Assembly: GCF_032444005.1 (NCBI RefSeq)
Contig: NC_091282.1
Span: 447,640,001 to 447,704,000 of the forward strand
Direction: 5' to 3'
Length of the DNA stretch: 64,000 bases
Source of the DNA: Ranitomeya imitator
Lineage: Eukaryota
A model generated the notes under the pieces. The model ran no database searches. It saw only the letters and a list, made by a program, of their open reading frames with translations, and was not told where the DNA came from. The translations under genes were made by a program, and so were the position numbers. This document shows, one piece after another, positions 1 to 12,369 of this stretch (position 1 is its first letter; the number at the start of each line of letters is the position of its first letter).

Positions 1-280
1 CGTGTATACTCGTTGCTTGGGTTTCCAGAGCATGCCTGGGTGGTCTCCGAGTATTTGTTAGTGCTCGTAAATTTAGTTTCTGTCTCCGTAGCTGCATGAT
101 GTACAGCTGCTAGACAGCCTGAACACATGTGGGGATTTCCTAACAACCAGGCAACCCCCACATGTAATCAGGCTGTCTAGTAGCAGTAAATCATGCAGCT
201 ACAGAGACAAAAACTAAATCTCCGAGCACTCACAAAAACTCGGAGACCACCCGAGCAACGAGTATACTCGCTCATCACTA
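1..280. mobile_element. Palindromic MITE, unclassified TIR family; left end outside the window
   Basis: gtatactcgttgct at 3-16 mirrors agcaacgagtatac near 253-266; whole segment is an imperfect hairpin ending ...gctcatcacta. Confidence 0.75.
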
Positions 281-345
281 CTATTAAGTCTTCTCTTGGC
301 CTTCTTTTTTGTAAGCTAAACATTCCCAGATCCTTTCAATCTTTA
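281..345 (-). mobile_element. Old CR1 LINE remnant (ORF2 C-terminus)
   Basis: Minus strand reads KDLGMFSLQKRRPREDLI, matching the LGLFSLEKRRLRGDLI motif of the CR1 copies elsewhere in the window. Confidence 0.65.
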
Positions 346-419
346 CCAATTTAATCAATGACAAGCGAGTAAATTCTCACTGCACATGTTTACACTGATT
401 GAGAATTTCTTGCCCTCGT

Positions 420-480
420 TTTATTGGTGGCCCTCAAGGCTCTGTCCTGGGACCCCTCGTCTCTTTCATCTACGCATTTG
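420..480 (+). mobile_element. L2/CR1-clade reverse transcriptase fragment
   Basis: GGPQGSVLGPLVSFIY resembles the non-LTR RT motif GVPQGSVLGPxLFxIY; boundaries approximate. Confidence 0.55.
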
Positions 481-566
481 ATCTGCGACAGCTCTGTACC
501 ACATTGGTGATGGTGACAAATTTAGCTCTCTTGCCCAGGATAGCTGACATGTATGTTTATAAGCAA

Positions 567-2700
567 CTAGCTGAAGAGCCCGGCGTTGCCTGGGCATAGT
601 AAATATCTGTGGTTAGTTATAGCACCTCACTTCTCTTATTTTCCCATCACGCCTCTCATTTTCCCAATCACATCTTTCATTTTCCCCCTCACATCTCTCA
701 TTTTCTCCCTCACTCCTCTCATTCCCCCCTAACACTTGTCATTTCGACCTCACATCTGTCATTTTCCGATCACTCCACTATTTTCCCTCACTCCTCTCAT
801 TTTGCACTCACACCTTTTCATTTTCACCTCACACCTCTCATTTTCACCTCAGTATATACATGTTTGTCATCTCCCTTATATATAGTATACACCTGTATGT
901 CATCTCCTGTATATAGTATATACCTGTATGTCATCTCCCCTGTATATAGTATATACCTGCTGTGTGTCATCTCCCCTGTATATAGTATATACCTGTATGT
1001 CATCTCCTCCTGTATATAGTATATACCTGTATGTCATCTCCTTCTATATATAGTATATACCTGTATGTCATCTCCTCCTGTATATACCGGTGTGTCTTCT
1101 CCCCTGTATATAGTATATATCTGTGTGTCATCTCCTCCTGTATATAGTATATACCTGTATGTCATCGCCTCCTCTATATAGTATATACCTGTGTGTCATC
1201 TCCCCTGTATATAGTATATACCTGTGTGTCATCTCCTCCTGTATTAGACCTCGTTCACACGTTGTTTACTCAGTATTTTTACCTCAGTATTTGTAAGCTA
1301 AATTGGCAGCCTGACAAATCCCCAGCCAACAGGAAGCCCTCCCCCTGGCAGTATATATTAGCTCACACATACACATAATAGACAGGTCATGTGACTGACA
1401 GCTGCCGTATTTCCTATATGGTACATTTGTTGCTCTTGTAGTTTGTCTGCTTATTAATCAGATTTTTATTTTTGAAGAATAATACCAGACTTGTGTGTGT
1501 TTTAGGGCGAGTTTCATTTGTCAAGTTGTGTGTGTTGAGTTGCGTGTGGCGACATGCATGTAGCGACTTTTGTGAGATGAGTTTTGTGTAGCAACTTTTT
1601 GTGTGTCGAGTTGCATGTGACAGGTTAGTGCAGCAAGTTGTGTGCAGCAAGTTTTGCGCATGGCGAGTTTTTGCGCGTGGCGAGTTTTATGTGTGGTGCC
1701 TTTTGAGTATGTGCAAGGTTTGTGTGAGGCAACTTTTGCATGTGTTGCAACTTTTGTGCATGTGGGAATTTTTGCGCGTGTGCAAGTTTTGCGTGTGGTG
1801 AGTTTTCCATGAGGTGAGTTTTGCACTTGTGGCGAGTTTTGCGTGAGTCTAGTGTTTGCATGTGGTGAGTTTTGCGCATGGCGAGTTTTGAGCGGCGACT
1901 TTTGTGTTTCGACTTTTATGTGGCGAGGTTGGTGTATGTGTGGTGAAATGTGTGCTGAGGGTAATATGTGTTCAAGCATGTGGTAGTGTGTGGCGCATTT
2001 TGTGTGTGTTCATATCCCCGTGTGTGGTGAGTATCCCATGTCGGGGCCCCACCTTAGCAACTGTCCGGTATATACTCTTTGGCGCCATCGCTCTCATTCT
2101 TTAAGTCCCCCTTGTTCACATCTGGCAGCTGTCAATTTGCCTCCAACACTTTTCCTTTCACTTTTCCCCATTATGTAGATAGGGGCAAAATTGGTGAATT
2201 GGAAAGCGCGGGGTTAAAATTTCACCTCACAACATAGCCTGTGACGCTCTCGGGGTCCAGTCGTGTGACTGTGCAAAATTTTGTGGCTGTAGCTGCAACC
2301 CCTCCAACACTTTTCCTTTCACTTTTTTCCCCATTATGTAGATAGGGCAAAATTGTTTGGTGAATTGGAAAGCGCGGGGTTAAAATTTCACCTCACAACA
2401 TAGCCTATGACACTCTCGGGGTCCAGACGTGTGACTGTGCAAAATTTTGTGGCTGTAGCTGCCACGCCTCCAACACTTTTCCTTTCAATTTTTTCCCCAT
2501 TATGTAGATAGGGGCAAAATTGTTTGGTGAATTGGAACGCGCGGGGTTAAAATTTCGCCTCACAACATAGCCTATGACGCTCTCGGGGTCCAGACGTGTG
2601 ACCGTGCAAAATTTTGTGGCTGTAGCTGCGACGGTGCAGATGCCAATCCCGGACATACATACACACACACACATACACACATTCAGCTTTATATATTAGA
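567..2700 (-). mobile_element. Non-autonomous Helitron, family A, copy 1
   Basis: Minus strand: A|TCTAATATATAAAGC...GCCCAGGCAACGCCGGGC hairpin...CTAG|T. This gives a 5' TC, 3' CTAG, subterminal hairpin, AT target and no TSD. Internal 31-34 bp and about 16 bp minisatellites. Confidence 0.9.
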
Positions 2701-3029
2701 TGAGATGGGTCAATATCTAGAGTCGTTTACTGGCCAGTTTAGACAGTTGGATAAATACTCTATGTGCAGAGCGATCATTGCTCTGATTGTTCTAGGGCCA
2801 TAGAATTTCACAATATTGACAGCAAGTCACATGTTTACAAGGGACAATGTGCCGTTGCTGATTTTTAAGCCAGCTTAAAATTCATTGTGCCCTACAAGCA
2901 TGCAATTTACTCATTTGTTAGGTGGTTGCTGGCCTGTTTAGACTGGACAATAGTTGGAAACAAGTATTATAAAGAAATGCTGATTCTAAATGGGTTATTG
3001 GTCTTGTAAGGAAGAAAACTGATTTTAGC

Positions 3030-3660
3030 ATCTTCCTTCGCCTCCCCCTTCCCAACTCGCATGTCTCTCAACACCACCCCCATCATCAAAACTATTAATT
3101 GGAGTTCTCAAGCTTTCCCTAGTCTCACAAGTCTGCTGATTGGTGATCACCTTTAATTCTGCCCCTGCTTTCAAACTGCCCATCTTGTCCTTTACCTTCT
3201 CCTGCAGCCTCCAGCATGGAAGTATTCGGGAAATTTCTCAAACCCGCCCTTTTTCTCAACCTTGAGTCAACAAATATGCTAGCATGTGCTCTCATCATCT
3301 CTTGCTTAGGTTACTTCAACAATCTTCTCTGTAGCCAACAATCCATCCTCGGCTCTGCTGCTCTTTTCACCTCTGCCAGCATCTGTACTGGCTACCTAAT
3401 TTCCAATATTAACAGTGATCTATAAGGCTATCAAACACACAACAGACACTCAAATCCCACACCTTTTCCTGGGACTTGGTAGCGGAACGAATCATTCCTG
3501 CTTCTCTTGTAGGTGCTAAGCCCTAGGAGGCAGGGCCTCTCAGCCTCTGTGCTTTGTCACTAATTTCCTTCATGTTTCCTGTGCTTTATTTTTGTCTAGA
3601 GTTATACACCTTGTCAGGTGTGCAGCACCATTGAATTATTGGTTCTTTAAAACAATAATA
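3030..3660 (+). mobile_element. Degraded L2 LINE 3' portion
   Basis: PALFLNLESTNMLACALIISCLGYFNNLL...QSILGSAA resembles the L2 ORF2 C-terminal RPFL...ALIISRLDYCNSLL...QSILNAAARL motif; boundaries approximate. Confidence 0.6.
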
Positions 3661-4387
3661 TTAGTCTTAAATGGGACTTCGAAGTCCACTTAGAAATGCA
3701 ATTATGTTAACAGTACGGTAGTTTATTGCAAAACGTAAAAAAGTAGAGTCAGGGGCCCAAAATAAAATCTGTTTACATTTTAGTGATGATGGTTTAAATG
3801 ATGTGCAACAATCCACATAACACCTAACACTGATGTCCTTATAGAAGATTCAGTTGTCTAATGGAGATAAACAGTTGTGTACGTTCTATTAGCAAAAAAA
3901 AATGCCAATCAGCCAGTAAGTATTGTTAGTTATTTAAAATATTAAAAAGAATCTGTCATCTGATTCATGCTGCCTGAACCATGCACAGCATGAATTGGAG
4001 TCAGGCTGCATTAATGCAGTTATGTATGTTTTGCTCTGAAACGCTGCAGCCAGTCAGGGAATATGTATCTTACCTGGGAAGTCCAAGACCGGTCCCCTGC
4101 GGCTTCTCCCAAACCCTGTTCCCTATGTGTGTGCATAGGGAGAGAACTATCAGTCAAAGGGATCAGGACAGGGAGAAGCCACCAGAGATAGGCCTTGAAC
4201 TTGTTAGTTGAGACTTTTCGTCCCCAGCTGACTTTTTAAATTACCGTATATTTTCACTGAAAATCTGCAATATTTTTGAGTAAAACTTACATGGCTGCAA
4301 CAACTGAGCCGGTGTCTAATTTTTGTGTTGGGCAGCATGAAATAATCACTGATATTTAATCAATAATGTTGACTGCAAATTAATTGA

Positions 4388-4654
<267 letters not shown>

Positions 4655-5059
4655 TGACGTTTTTCAGGCGGGAGAACGCGTGACGTTTTTCAAGAGGATG
4701 ACGATTAAGGAAACACCAGAGTGTTTTTTTCCCCCTTAAAGTATACCTATTAATATTTTTAGTCTCCTCCTGAGTGCTTATTTGGTTGTTGCCATTTTTT
4801 TCCCATTGTTTTGGAGGCTTCTTTTTTTTACTGGCATTTCTGGGCAGTTTTTTTAATTACCTTCAACAGTGAAGAAACCACTAGTGGTTTTTCTAGAAAA
4901 ACGCTGGCTGAACGCTCAGAAAGCCCAAGTGTTTTACAGGTGTCTTTTGACCCTCCCCATTGACTTGTAGTAGAAAGTGTAGAGTGTCGTCAGAGCAGAA
5001 AATTCCAGAAGAAGGGTCAGCTCACTTATTTTAACCTCTTGGCGTATGTGGAAGCCTAA

Positions 5060-5417
5060 GGCTGTGTGCACACGTTGCGTTTTTTTCGCGGTTTTTCCCT
5101 ATAAAAACGCTATAAAACCGCAAAAAAAACCCGCATACAATAAGCATCCCATCATTTAGATTGAATTCCGCATGTTTTGTGCACATGATGCGTTTTTTTC
5201 CGCGAAAAAAACGCATCGCGGTAAAAACTGCAGCATGTTCATTATTTTAGCGTTTTTTTTGCGAATTTCCCACTACAAAATGCATTGGGAAATGTCCGGA
5301 AAAAAACGCGGCAAAATCGCGACAAAAACGCATGCGGTTTTCTTGCGGATTTCTTGCAGAAAATGTCCGGTTTTTCTCAGGAATTTTCCACGAGATCCTA
5401 AACGTGCGCACATAGCC
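5060..5417. mobile_element. PIF/Harbinger-type MITE (GGCTRTGTGCACACG family)
   Basis: TIR ggctgtgtgcacacgtt / aacgtgcgcacatagcc; flanks TAA and TTA; related copies at 46596 and 53796. Confidence 0.85.
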
Positions 5418-5495
5418 TTAAGTGCTTAAAAGACATCCAAAAGACTGAACATATCAACAGCTAGTCATTCTTGCATAGAAATGTATGGTATATGT

Positions 5496-5498
<3 letters not shown>

Positions 5499-5565
<67 letters not shown>
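5499..5565. repeat. (AT)n microsatellite
   Basis: About 33 uninterrupted AT units. Confidence 0.95.
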
Positions 5566-5569
<4 letters not shown>

Positions 5570-6109
5570 CACTGTATTTTCTGGCATATAAGACTACTTT
5601 TTAACCCCTGAAAATCTTCTCAAAAGTCGGGTGTCGTCTTATACGCCGGGTGTCGTCTTATAGGGCAGATGTGGAGTAATCTGCGGTCGCCGCATATTGT
5701 GGGGGGAGCGGTCCCAATGACGAGGTGAGGGGGCGCCTCACCGAGAAGGTGTAAGTGAAGCAGAGGCAGAGAAGGAGATAATAGGATACAAGGGCGAGCC
5801 AGATGAGTGAAAGAGGAGTGTTTTTCTAGGCACAGCATCGCTCTCTCTCTTTTTTGAATACCCCTGGCATCCCAGACGCTGACAGTTTGCTTCACTTACA
5901 CTTTCCTGGTGAGGCGCTCCCTCAACTCGTCATCGGGACCACTCCCCCCCACTATATACGTCGACCGCAGATTGCTCCGCACCCACCCTATAAGACGACA
6001 CCCGGCATATAAGACAACTCCCGACTTTTGAGAAGATTTTATATTTTAACTGGAAAAGTTGGGGGTCGTATTATACGCCCAGTCGTCTTATACGCCGGAA
6101 AATACGGTG
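5570..6109. mobile_element. Tc1/mariner-superfamily MITE with Tc2 (MER104/Kanga)-like termini
   Basis: TA|CACTGTATTTTCTGGCATATAAGAC...GTCTTATACGCCGGAAAATACGGTG|TA; repeated TATAAGACG subterminal motifs. Family assignment is from recall of the terminal motif. Confidence 0.75.
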
Positions 6110-6125
6110 TATACATATATATATA

Positions 6126-7634
6126 CTATATGGTGGCCCGATTCTAACGCATCGGGTATTCTAGAATATGCATGGCCATGTAGTATATTGCCCAGCCATG
6201 TAGTATATTGCCCAGCCACGTAGTATATTGCCCAGCCACGTAGTATATTGCCCAGCCACTTAGTATATTGCCCAGTTACAAAGTATACAGCACAGAGCCA
6301 CGTAGTATATTGCCCAGTGACATAGTATATTGCTCAGTTACGTAGTATACAGCACAGAGCCACGTAGTATATTGCTCAGTGACATAGTATATTTCCCAGT
6401 TACGTAGTATATTGCACAGCGACATAGTATACAGCACAGAGCCACGTAGTATATTGCACAGCGACATAGTATACAGCACAGAGCCACGTAGTATATTGCC
6501 CAGTCACGTAGTATATTGCCCAGTCACGTAGTATATTGCCCAGTGACGTAGTATACATCACAGAGCCACGTAGTATATTGCCCAGCTACGTAGTATACAG
6601 CACAGAGCCACATAGTACATTGCCCAGTGACGTAGTATACAGCACAGAGCCACGTAGTATATTGCCCAGTGACGTAGTATATTGGCCAGCCACGTATGTC
6701 ACAGGTTAAAAAATAAACATACTCACCTAACGATCCGAGGGCCCCTTGTAGTTTAACATACTCACCATTCTGGTCGCTGCTCCTCAGCGTCCTGTCTCTC
6801 GGCCTCCTGGGATCCAACGGCGCTGTGTCGATGGGCGCGCGGCTGCCGCCATCTTCCGTTCCCAGGATGCTTTGCAAAGTTACCCAGATGACTTAGCAGT
6901 CTCGCGAGACCGCTAGGTCTTCTGGGTAATTTCGCAAAGCATCGCTGGGAAAGGAAGAAGGCAGCAGGCGCGAGCGCCTCAGTGGACAACGGAGGGTGAG
7001 CATAGCAGGTTTTTTGTTTTTTTAACATTACTTTTTTTACTATTGATGCTGCATGGGCAGCATCAATAGTAAAAGGTTGGGGACATACAGGGTTAATAGC
7101 GGCGGTAACGGAGTGTGTTACCCGCGGCATAACGCGGTCCGTTACCGCCGGCATTAACTCTTTGTTAGCGGTGACCGGAGGGGAGTATGGAGCGGGCGCC
7201 GGGGAGAATGACTGCGGGGAGTATGGAGCGGGCGCCGGGGACACTGCAGGGAGTATGGAGCGGGCACCGGGGACACTGCAGGGAGTGAGGAGTATGGAGC
7301 TGGCGCCGGGGACACTGCGGGGAGTATGGAGCGGGCGCCGGGGACACTGCGGGGAGTATGGAGCGGAGCGCCGGGGACACTGCGGGGAGCATGGAGCTGG
7401 CGCCAGGGACACTGTGGGGAGCGAGGAGTATGGAGCGGGCGCCGGCCACTGACTGCGGGGAGCAAGGAGCGGCCATTTTCTTCCGGACTGTGGCCGTCGC
7501 TGATTGCTCGTGGCTGTTTTGCGGCGACCAATCAGCGACTTGGATTTCCATGATAGACAGAGGCCACGACCAATGAATATCCGTGACAGACAGACAGAAG
7601 GACAGACGGAAGTACCCCTTAGACAATTATATAG
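6126..7634 (-). mobile_element. Non-autonomous Helitron, family B, copy 1
   Basis: Minus-strand 3' end CCCGAT-gcgttaga-ATCGGG hairpin then ccaccatATAG|T (CTAG in copy 2). The 5' end reads CTATATAATTGTCTAAGG then (GTCT)n next to a TA tract; the canonical 5' TC is not evident. Internal 20/24-bp and GC-rich about 30-bp arrays. Confidence 0.8.
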
Positions 7635-9146
7635 TGTATATATATATATATATATAATATTATATTATATGTTCATTCTTTGGATTCAGCCCATCTGAAA
7701 AAAGAATGTGCACATAAACTTAGAAGTGCATAGCTCCTATCTGAGGAGGACCTTGGGACCCGGATACCTCCAATCTGGCATAGAATTAAAGAGCTTGAAA
7801 CATATATAAAAAGTAACCATATTCCTTACTCTTTCTTAATCTTTCTTCTTCAATGGAGTGAAAATTTTTGAGGATATGTTGTTTTAGAGTACAAATAAAT
7901 TAGTCTGTAATACGTCTGTAACATAGGTACACTTCAATTGTGAAAGACAGAATCTTGAAGAAAAAAATCCAGAAAATCACATTGTATGATTTTTGCATAA
8001 TTATTTTGCCTGAAATAATTATATGATACAATAGAAAAAGAGAACTTAATATTTGGTACAGAAATCTTTGTATTCAATTAGAGGTCAGACGTTTCCTGTA
8101 GTTCTTGACCAAGTTTGCACACACTGCAGCAGGGATTTTGGCCCACTCCTCCATATACTGTAGATCTTCTCCAGATCTTTCAGGTTTCGGGACTGTCACT
8201 GGGCAATATTCAGTTTCAGCTCCCTCCAAAGATTTTCTATTGGGTTCAGTTCTGGAGACTGGCTAGGCCACTTCAGGACCTTAAAATGCTTCTTACAGAG
8301 ACACTCCTGAATTGCCCTGGCTGTGGGTTTTGGGTCATTGTCATGCTGTCGTTGTCATGCCATGACCCATCTTCAATGCTCTTACTGAGGGAAGAAAGTT
8401 GCCAAAATCTCACAATACATGACCCCATCAGCCCCCAAAGTATGATGTTTCCACACCATGCTTAACGGTTGGGACGGTGTTCTTGGGGTTGTACTTATCC
8501 TTCTTCCTCCAAACATGCGAGTGCAGTTAATGCCAAAAAGTTCTAATTTGGTCTCATTTGACCACATGAACCCCCATGCCTCCTCTGGATCATCCAGACG
8601 GTCATTCGTGAACCTCAAACGGGCCTAGACATGTGGTAGTGTGAGCAAGGGGTAATTTGGATCCATGATGGCGTAGTGTGTTACTAACGGTAATGTTTGA
8701 GACTGTGGTCCCAGCTCTCTTCAGGTCATTGACCAGGTCGTCCCATGTAGTTCTGGGCTGATTACTGACCTTTCTCAGAATCATCCTTACCCCACAAGGT
8801 GAAATCTTGCATGGAGCCCCAGAATTAGAAAGATTGACAGTCATCATGTGTTTTTTTCATTTTCTAATAGTTGTGCCAACAGTTGCATCCTCATCAAGCT
8901 GCTTGCCTATTGTCCTGTAACCCATCCCAGCCTTGTGCAGGTCTACAATTTTGTCCCTGGTGTCCTTAGACAGCTCTAGGTTTTGGCCATGGTGGAGAGG
9001 TTGAAGTGTGATTGACTGAGTGTATGGACACGTGTCTTTTATACAGGTAACGAGTTCAAAAAGCTGCAATTAAAGACCCGTAATGAATGCAGAGTAGGAG
9101 GGCTTCTTAAAGAAAAACTAACAGGTCTGTGAAAGCCAGAACTCTT

Positions 9147-9419
9147 AAATAATAATAAATAAATAATCTTTATTTTTATATAGCGCTAACATATTCCGCA
9201 GCGCTTTACAGTTTTGCACACATTATCATCACTGTCCCCAAATGGAGCTCACAATCTAAATTCCCTATCAGTATGTCTTTGGAATGTGGGAGGAAACCGG
9301 AGAACCTGGAGGAAACCCACGCAAACATGGAGAGAACATACAAACTCTTTGCAGATGTTGTCCTGGGTGGGATTAGAACCCAGGACCCCAGGGCTGCAAG
9401 GCTGCTGTTCTAACCACTG
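9147..9419 (-). mobile_element. tRNA-derived SINE with V-SINE-like core and L2-type tail
   Basis: Minus strand: A box (cagtggttag), B box (ggttctaatcc), core TGCGTGGGTTTCCTCCAGGTTCTCCGGTTTCCTCC, tail tgtaaagcgctgcggaatatgttagcgctatata followed by a (TAT)-rich end. Confidence 0.85.
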
Positions 9420-9540
9420 GTTGGTAGGTAAACAAATACTTTTCATGCAATAAAATGAAAATTAATTATTTAAAAATTATACAATGCATTCTCCTGGGTT
9501 TTAATTTTAGATTCCGTCTCTCATGGTTGAAGTGTACCAT

Positions 9541-9594
9541 GGCTGAACTGGATGGACAAATGTCTTTTTTCGGCCTTACTATGTTACTATGTTA
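9541..9594 (+). mobile_element. Extreme 5'-truncated CR1 (3' tail only)
   Basis: ggctgaactggatggacaaatgtctttttt cggccttactatgttactatgtt matches the 3' end of the CR1 at about 49774-49831, lacking only a 4-nt aact segment. Confidence 0.85.
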
Positions 9595-10021
9595 AGATAA
9601 AAATTACAGCCCTCTCCATTCTTTGTAGGTGTGAAAACTTGCAAAATCGGCAGTGTGTTAAATACTTATTTTCCCCACTGTATTTTTATATTCGGTATAT
9701 ATTGCATTTTTGCAATCATTTTGTTACTATATTCTGTATTTTTTTTGAATGACTACTGATTTGCATGCATTTATTTCAGGTTATAATGTTTTAGCATGCG
9801 GTAACACATTATCCTGTGTGGCACACTGACACAAGCTGCTGATAGGGCAAGTTCTAGTGTGAAATAACAGTAAGCTCATAGAGAGAGGTTGGGGGAGTAG
9901 GAACATTCCAGATCCCTATGCCAGACTGCCTACTTGTACCGAATCAAAGTTTGTATTATCGGGAATCCTAATTACCCAATCAAGGGGGAGTACCTTTTGA
10001 TCATGCCACGGTAAGGCCTAA

Positions 10022-10375
10022 GGCTAGGTTCATATTGCGTTAGTGCAACCCGTTTAGCGCTAGCGGGTTGCGCTAACGCAATGTTTTTAATGGGGCCGCG
10101 TCCCGGGGTCGCGGTAACGTCCCCGCTCTCGCAGATCCCCGATCTGCGAGAGCGGGGAACGGACCGCGGGCGCGCCTCAGACGCTGCAAGCAGCGTCCGC
10201 GGCGCGCCAGGAAACACCAGCGCGTCGCATAGCGCGTGCCGAACATGGCACGCGCTAGTGCTGCGCGTTCCCATTGCTGTGAATGGGCGCGCTAACGGAC
10301 GCGTTGCACGGCGTTAATTTCGCCGTGCAACACTGTCCGTTAGCGCTTTCCCATTAACGCAATGTGAACCCAGCC
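10022..10375. mobile_element. PIF/Harbinger-type MITE, GC-rich palindrome
   Basis: ggctaggttcatattgcgtt / aacgcaatgtgaacccagcc; flanks TAA and TTA. Confidence 0.8.
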
Positions 10376-10493
10376 TTACTGTGACGATTAAAAGATTGAT
10401 AGGATCTGCAGTTTCTCCCTGTTCAACAGTGTAGAAAACATGGCCCTGGAAATTAAACCAAGTCCTTTAATGGCTGCTGTAGAGGGCATCTTA

Positions 10494-10954
10494 GGCCCCT
10501 TTCACACATCAGGTTTTTGCCGTCAGGCACAATTCGGTGAATTTTGAAAAAAAAAAAAAAAGGAATCCGGCAAAAGTTGCCGCCGGATCTGTTTTTTTTT
10601 CTCATAGACTTGTATTTTCGCCAGATTGCGACGGATGGCCTCACGTTTCATCCGTTTTTTGCCGGATCCGTCGAAAATTAGTTTTCCGGCAACAGAGAAA
10701 ACGTACATAGGACTGTATTTTCTGTCCAGCGAAAAACGGTTGAACGCGAGGTGAAATTATGGAATCATGCATTTTCCATTCTGGTCTCTCCTCTTCTCCT
10801 CCAAGTCCAAACTCTATCCCCAGGTAAAAAAAAAAAATAAAAAATGGTCGGATCCGTCGCATCAGTTTTTCGCTATTTGCAACGGATCAGTTTTTTTTTC
10901 AAAATTCGCCAGATTGTGCCTGACAGCTAAAAAATCTGATGTGTGAAAGGGACC
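10494..10954. mobile_element. PIF/Harbinger-type MITE
   Basis: TTA|ggcccctttcacacatcag...ctgatgtgtgaaagggacc|TTA, 3-bp TSD. Confidence 0.85.
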
Positions 10955-11003
10955 TTAAGAGTCATTAAGATGTTAATATTTACAGGAACACAAAACACTG
11001 TAA

Positions 11004-11438
<435 letters not shown>

Positions 11439-11782
11439 TAAACTTAACATCTAACATTAGGCAGGCGTATTGGAACATAAGTCAAAGATAGATCAAATAG
11501 ATCACTGTTATTTTTGTAGGCTATAAATAGTTTTTTTTTTCAAGCACAAGGGGTCTGTATAGTTAATACAAGATAGTGAAAAATAGTGTTTTGTACTCAT
11601 AAGCCAATAATTCATTTAGTTTTTGACAATATTAATTAGTTTTGTTTCAAAGTTAAATACTGCAAATAAATAGAACGTTACATTCCTTAAGATATGGAAT
11701 GCAATAAAAGAATGTAATACTAAACATTCCACAAGGCTGCCATCAGTTACTAATGGTTTGGTTTCTGCAGTCTACAATATTA

Positions 11783-12298
11783 GGCTACTTTCACACATCA
11801 GGTTTTCAGTGTCAGGCTAAATCCGGCGAATGTTGGAAAAACTAGATCCGGAGCAGATTGTGAAAAACTGATGCGACGGATCTGTTTTTTTGACAGATCC
11901 AGCTAGCCTATCTAGATTATTGGCTAAAAAAAAAAATTGGAGCATGCTCAGTTTAAAAAAACGGATCAGGCCGCCGGATCCGCCTTTTTCCGGATTCAGC
12001 ACCTTCCGGCTCCCATAGGCTTCCATTCTAGAAACAGGCGGAAGCGCCGGCGCTTCAGGCTTTTTCGCCGGAGACAAAAAAACGTTGCAGTGGACGTTTT
12101 TTCAAGAAACCGGAAGCGGCAGAATTGCCGGATCCGGCGAAAACCGGACGAAACGCAATGTCATCCGGTGCAATCCGGCACTAATACAAGTCTGTGGGAA
12201 AAAAAACCTGATCCGGCAGCAACATTCGCCTGATCCGTTTTTTTTGAAAATTAGCCGGATTTAGCCTGACAGCGAACACTTGATGTGTGAAAGTAGCC
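11783..12298. mobile_element. PIF/Harbinger-type MITE
   Basis: TTA|ggctactttcacacatca...tgatgtgtgaaagtagcc|TTA, 3-bp TSD; internal ccggatccgg repeats. Confidence 0.88.
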
Positions 12299-12369
12299 TT
12301 AGGCTGAATTTTCAATTTGTAGAAAATGAGATTTTAAAACAACCTGCCTGGATACATCAATGCTTTTAA

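Larger units (their letters stand above)
7915..9680 (-). mobile_element. Degraded Tc1 transposon with nested SINE and CR1 stub
   Basis: Terminal aaatacttattttccccactg|ta; transposase remnants [27 protein letters not shown] (ATG at 8990) and WSNETKLELFG, ending TKY* near 8046; many frameshifts; left end approximate. Confidence 0.85.

Noticed and set aside
609-2178. Many 60-150 aa ORFs over Helitron A (and 40671-42519), and similar ORFs over Helitron B and the terminal minisatellite
   Set aside because: Low-complexity translations of stop-poor tandem repeats; no recognisable domain and no Rep/helicase motifs
6180-6690. CRISPR-like array of 20/24-bp repeats (also 42610-43320)
   Set aside because: Units are directly adjacent with no unique spacers, lie inside a Helitron in vertebrate DNA, and no cas genes are present
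9360-9419. tRNA gene
   Set aside because: A and B boxes are present but continue into a SINE core and tail; no complete cloverleaf
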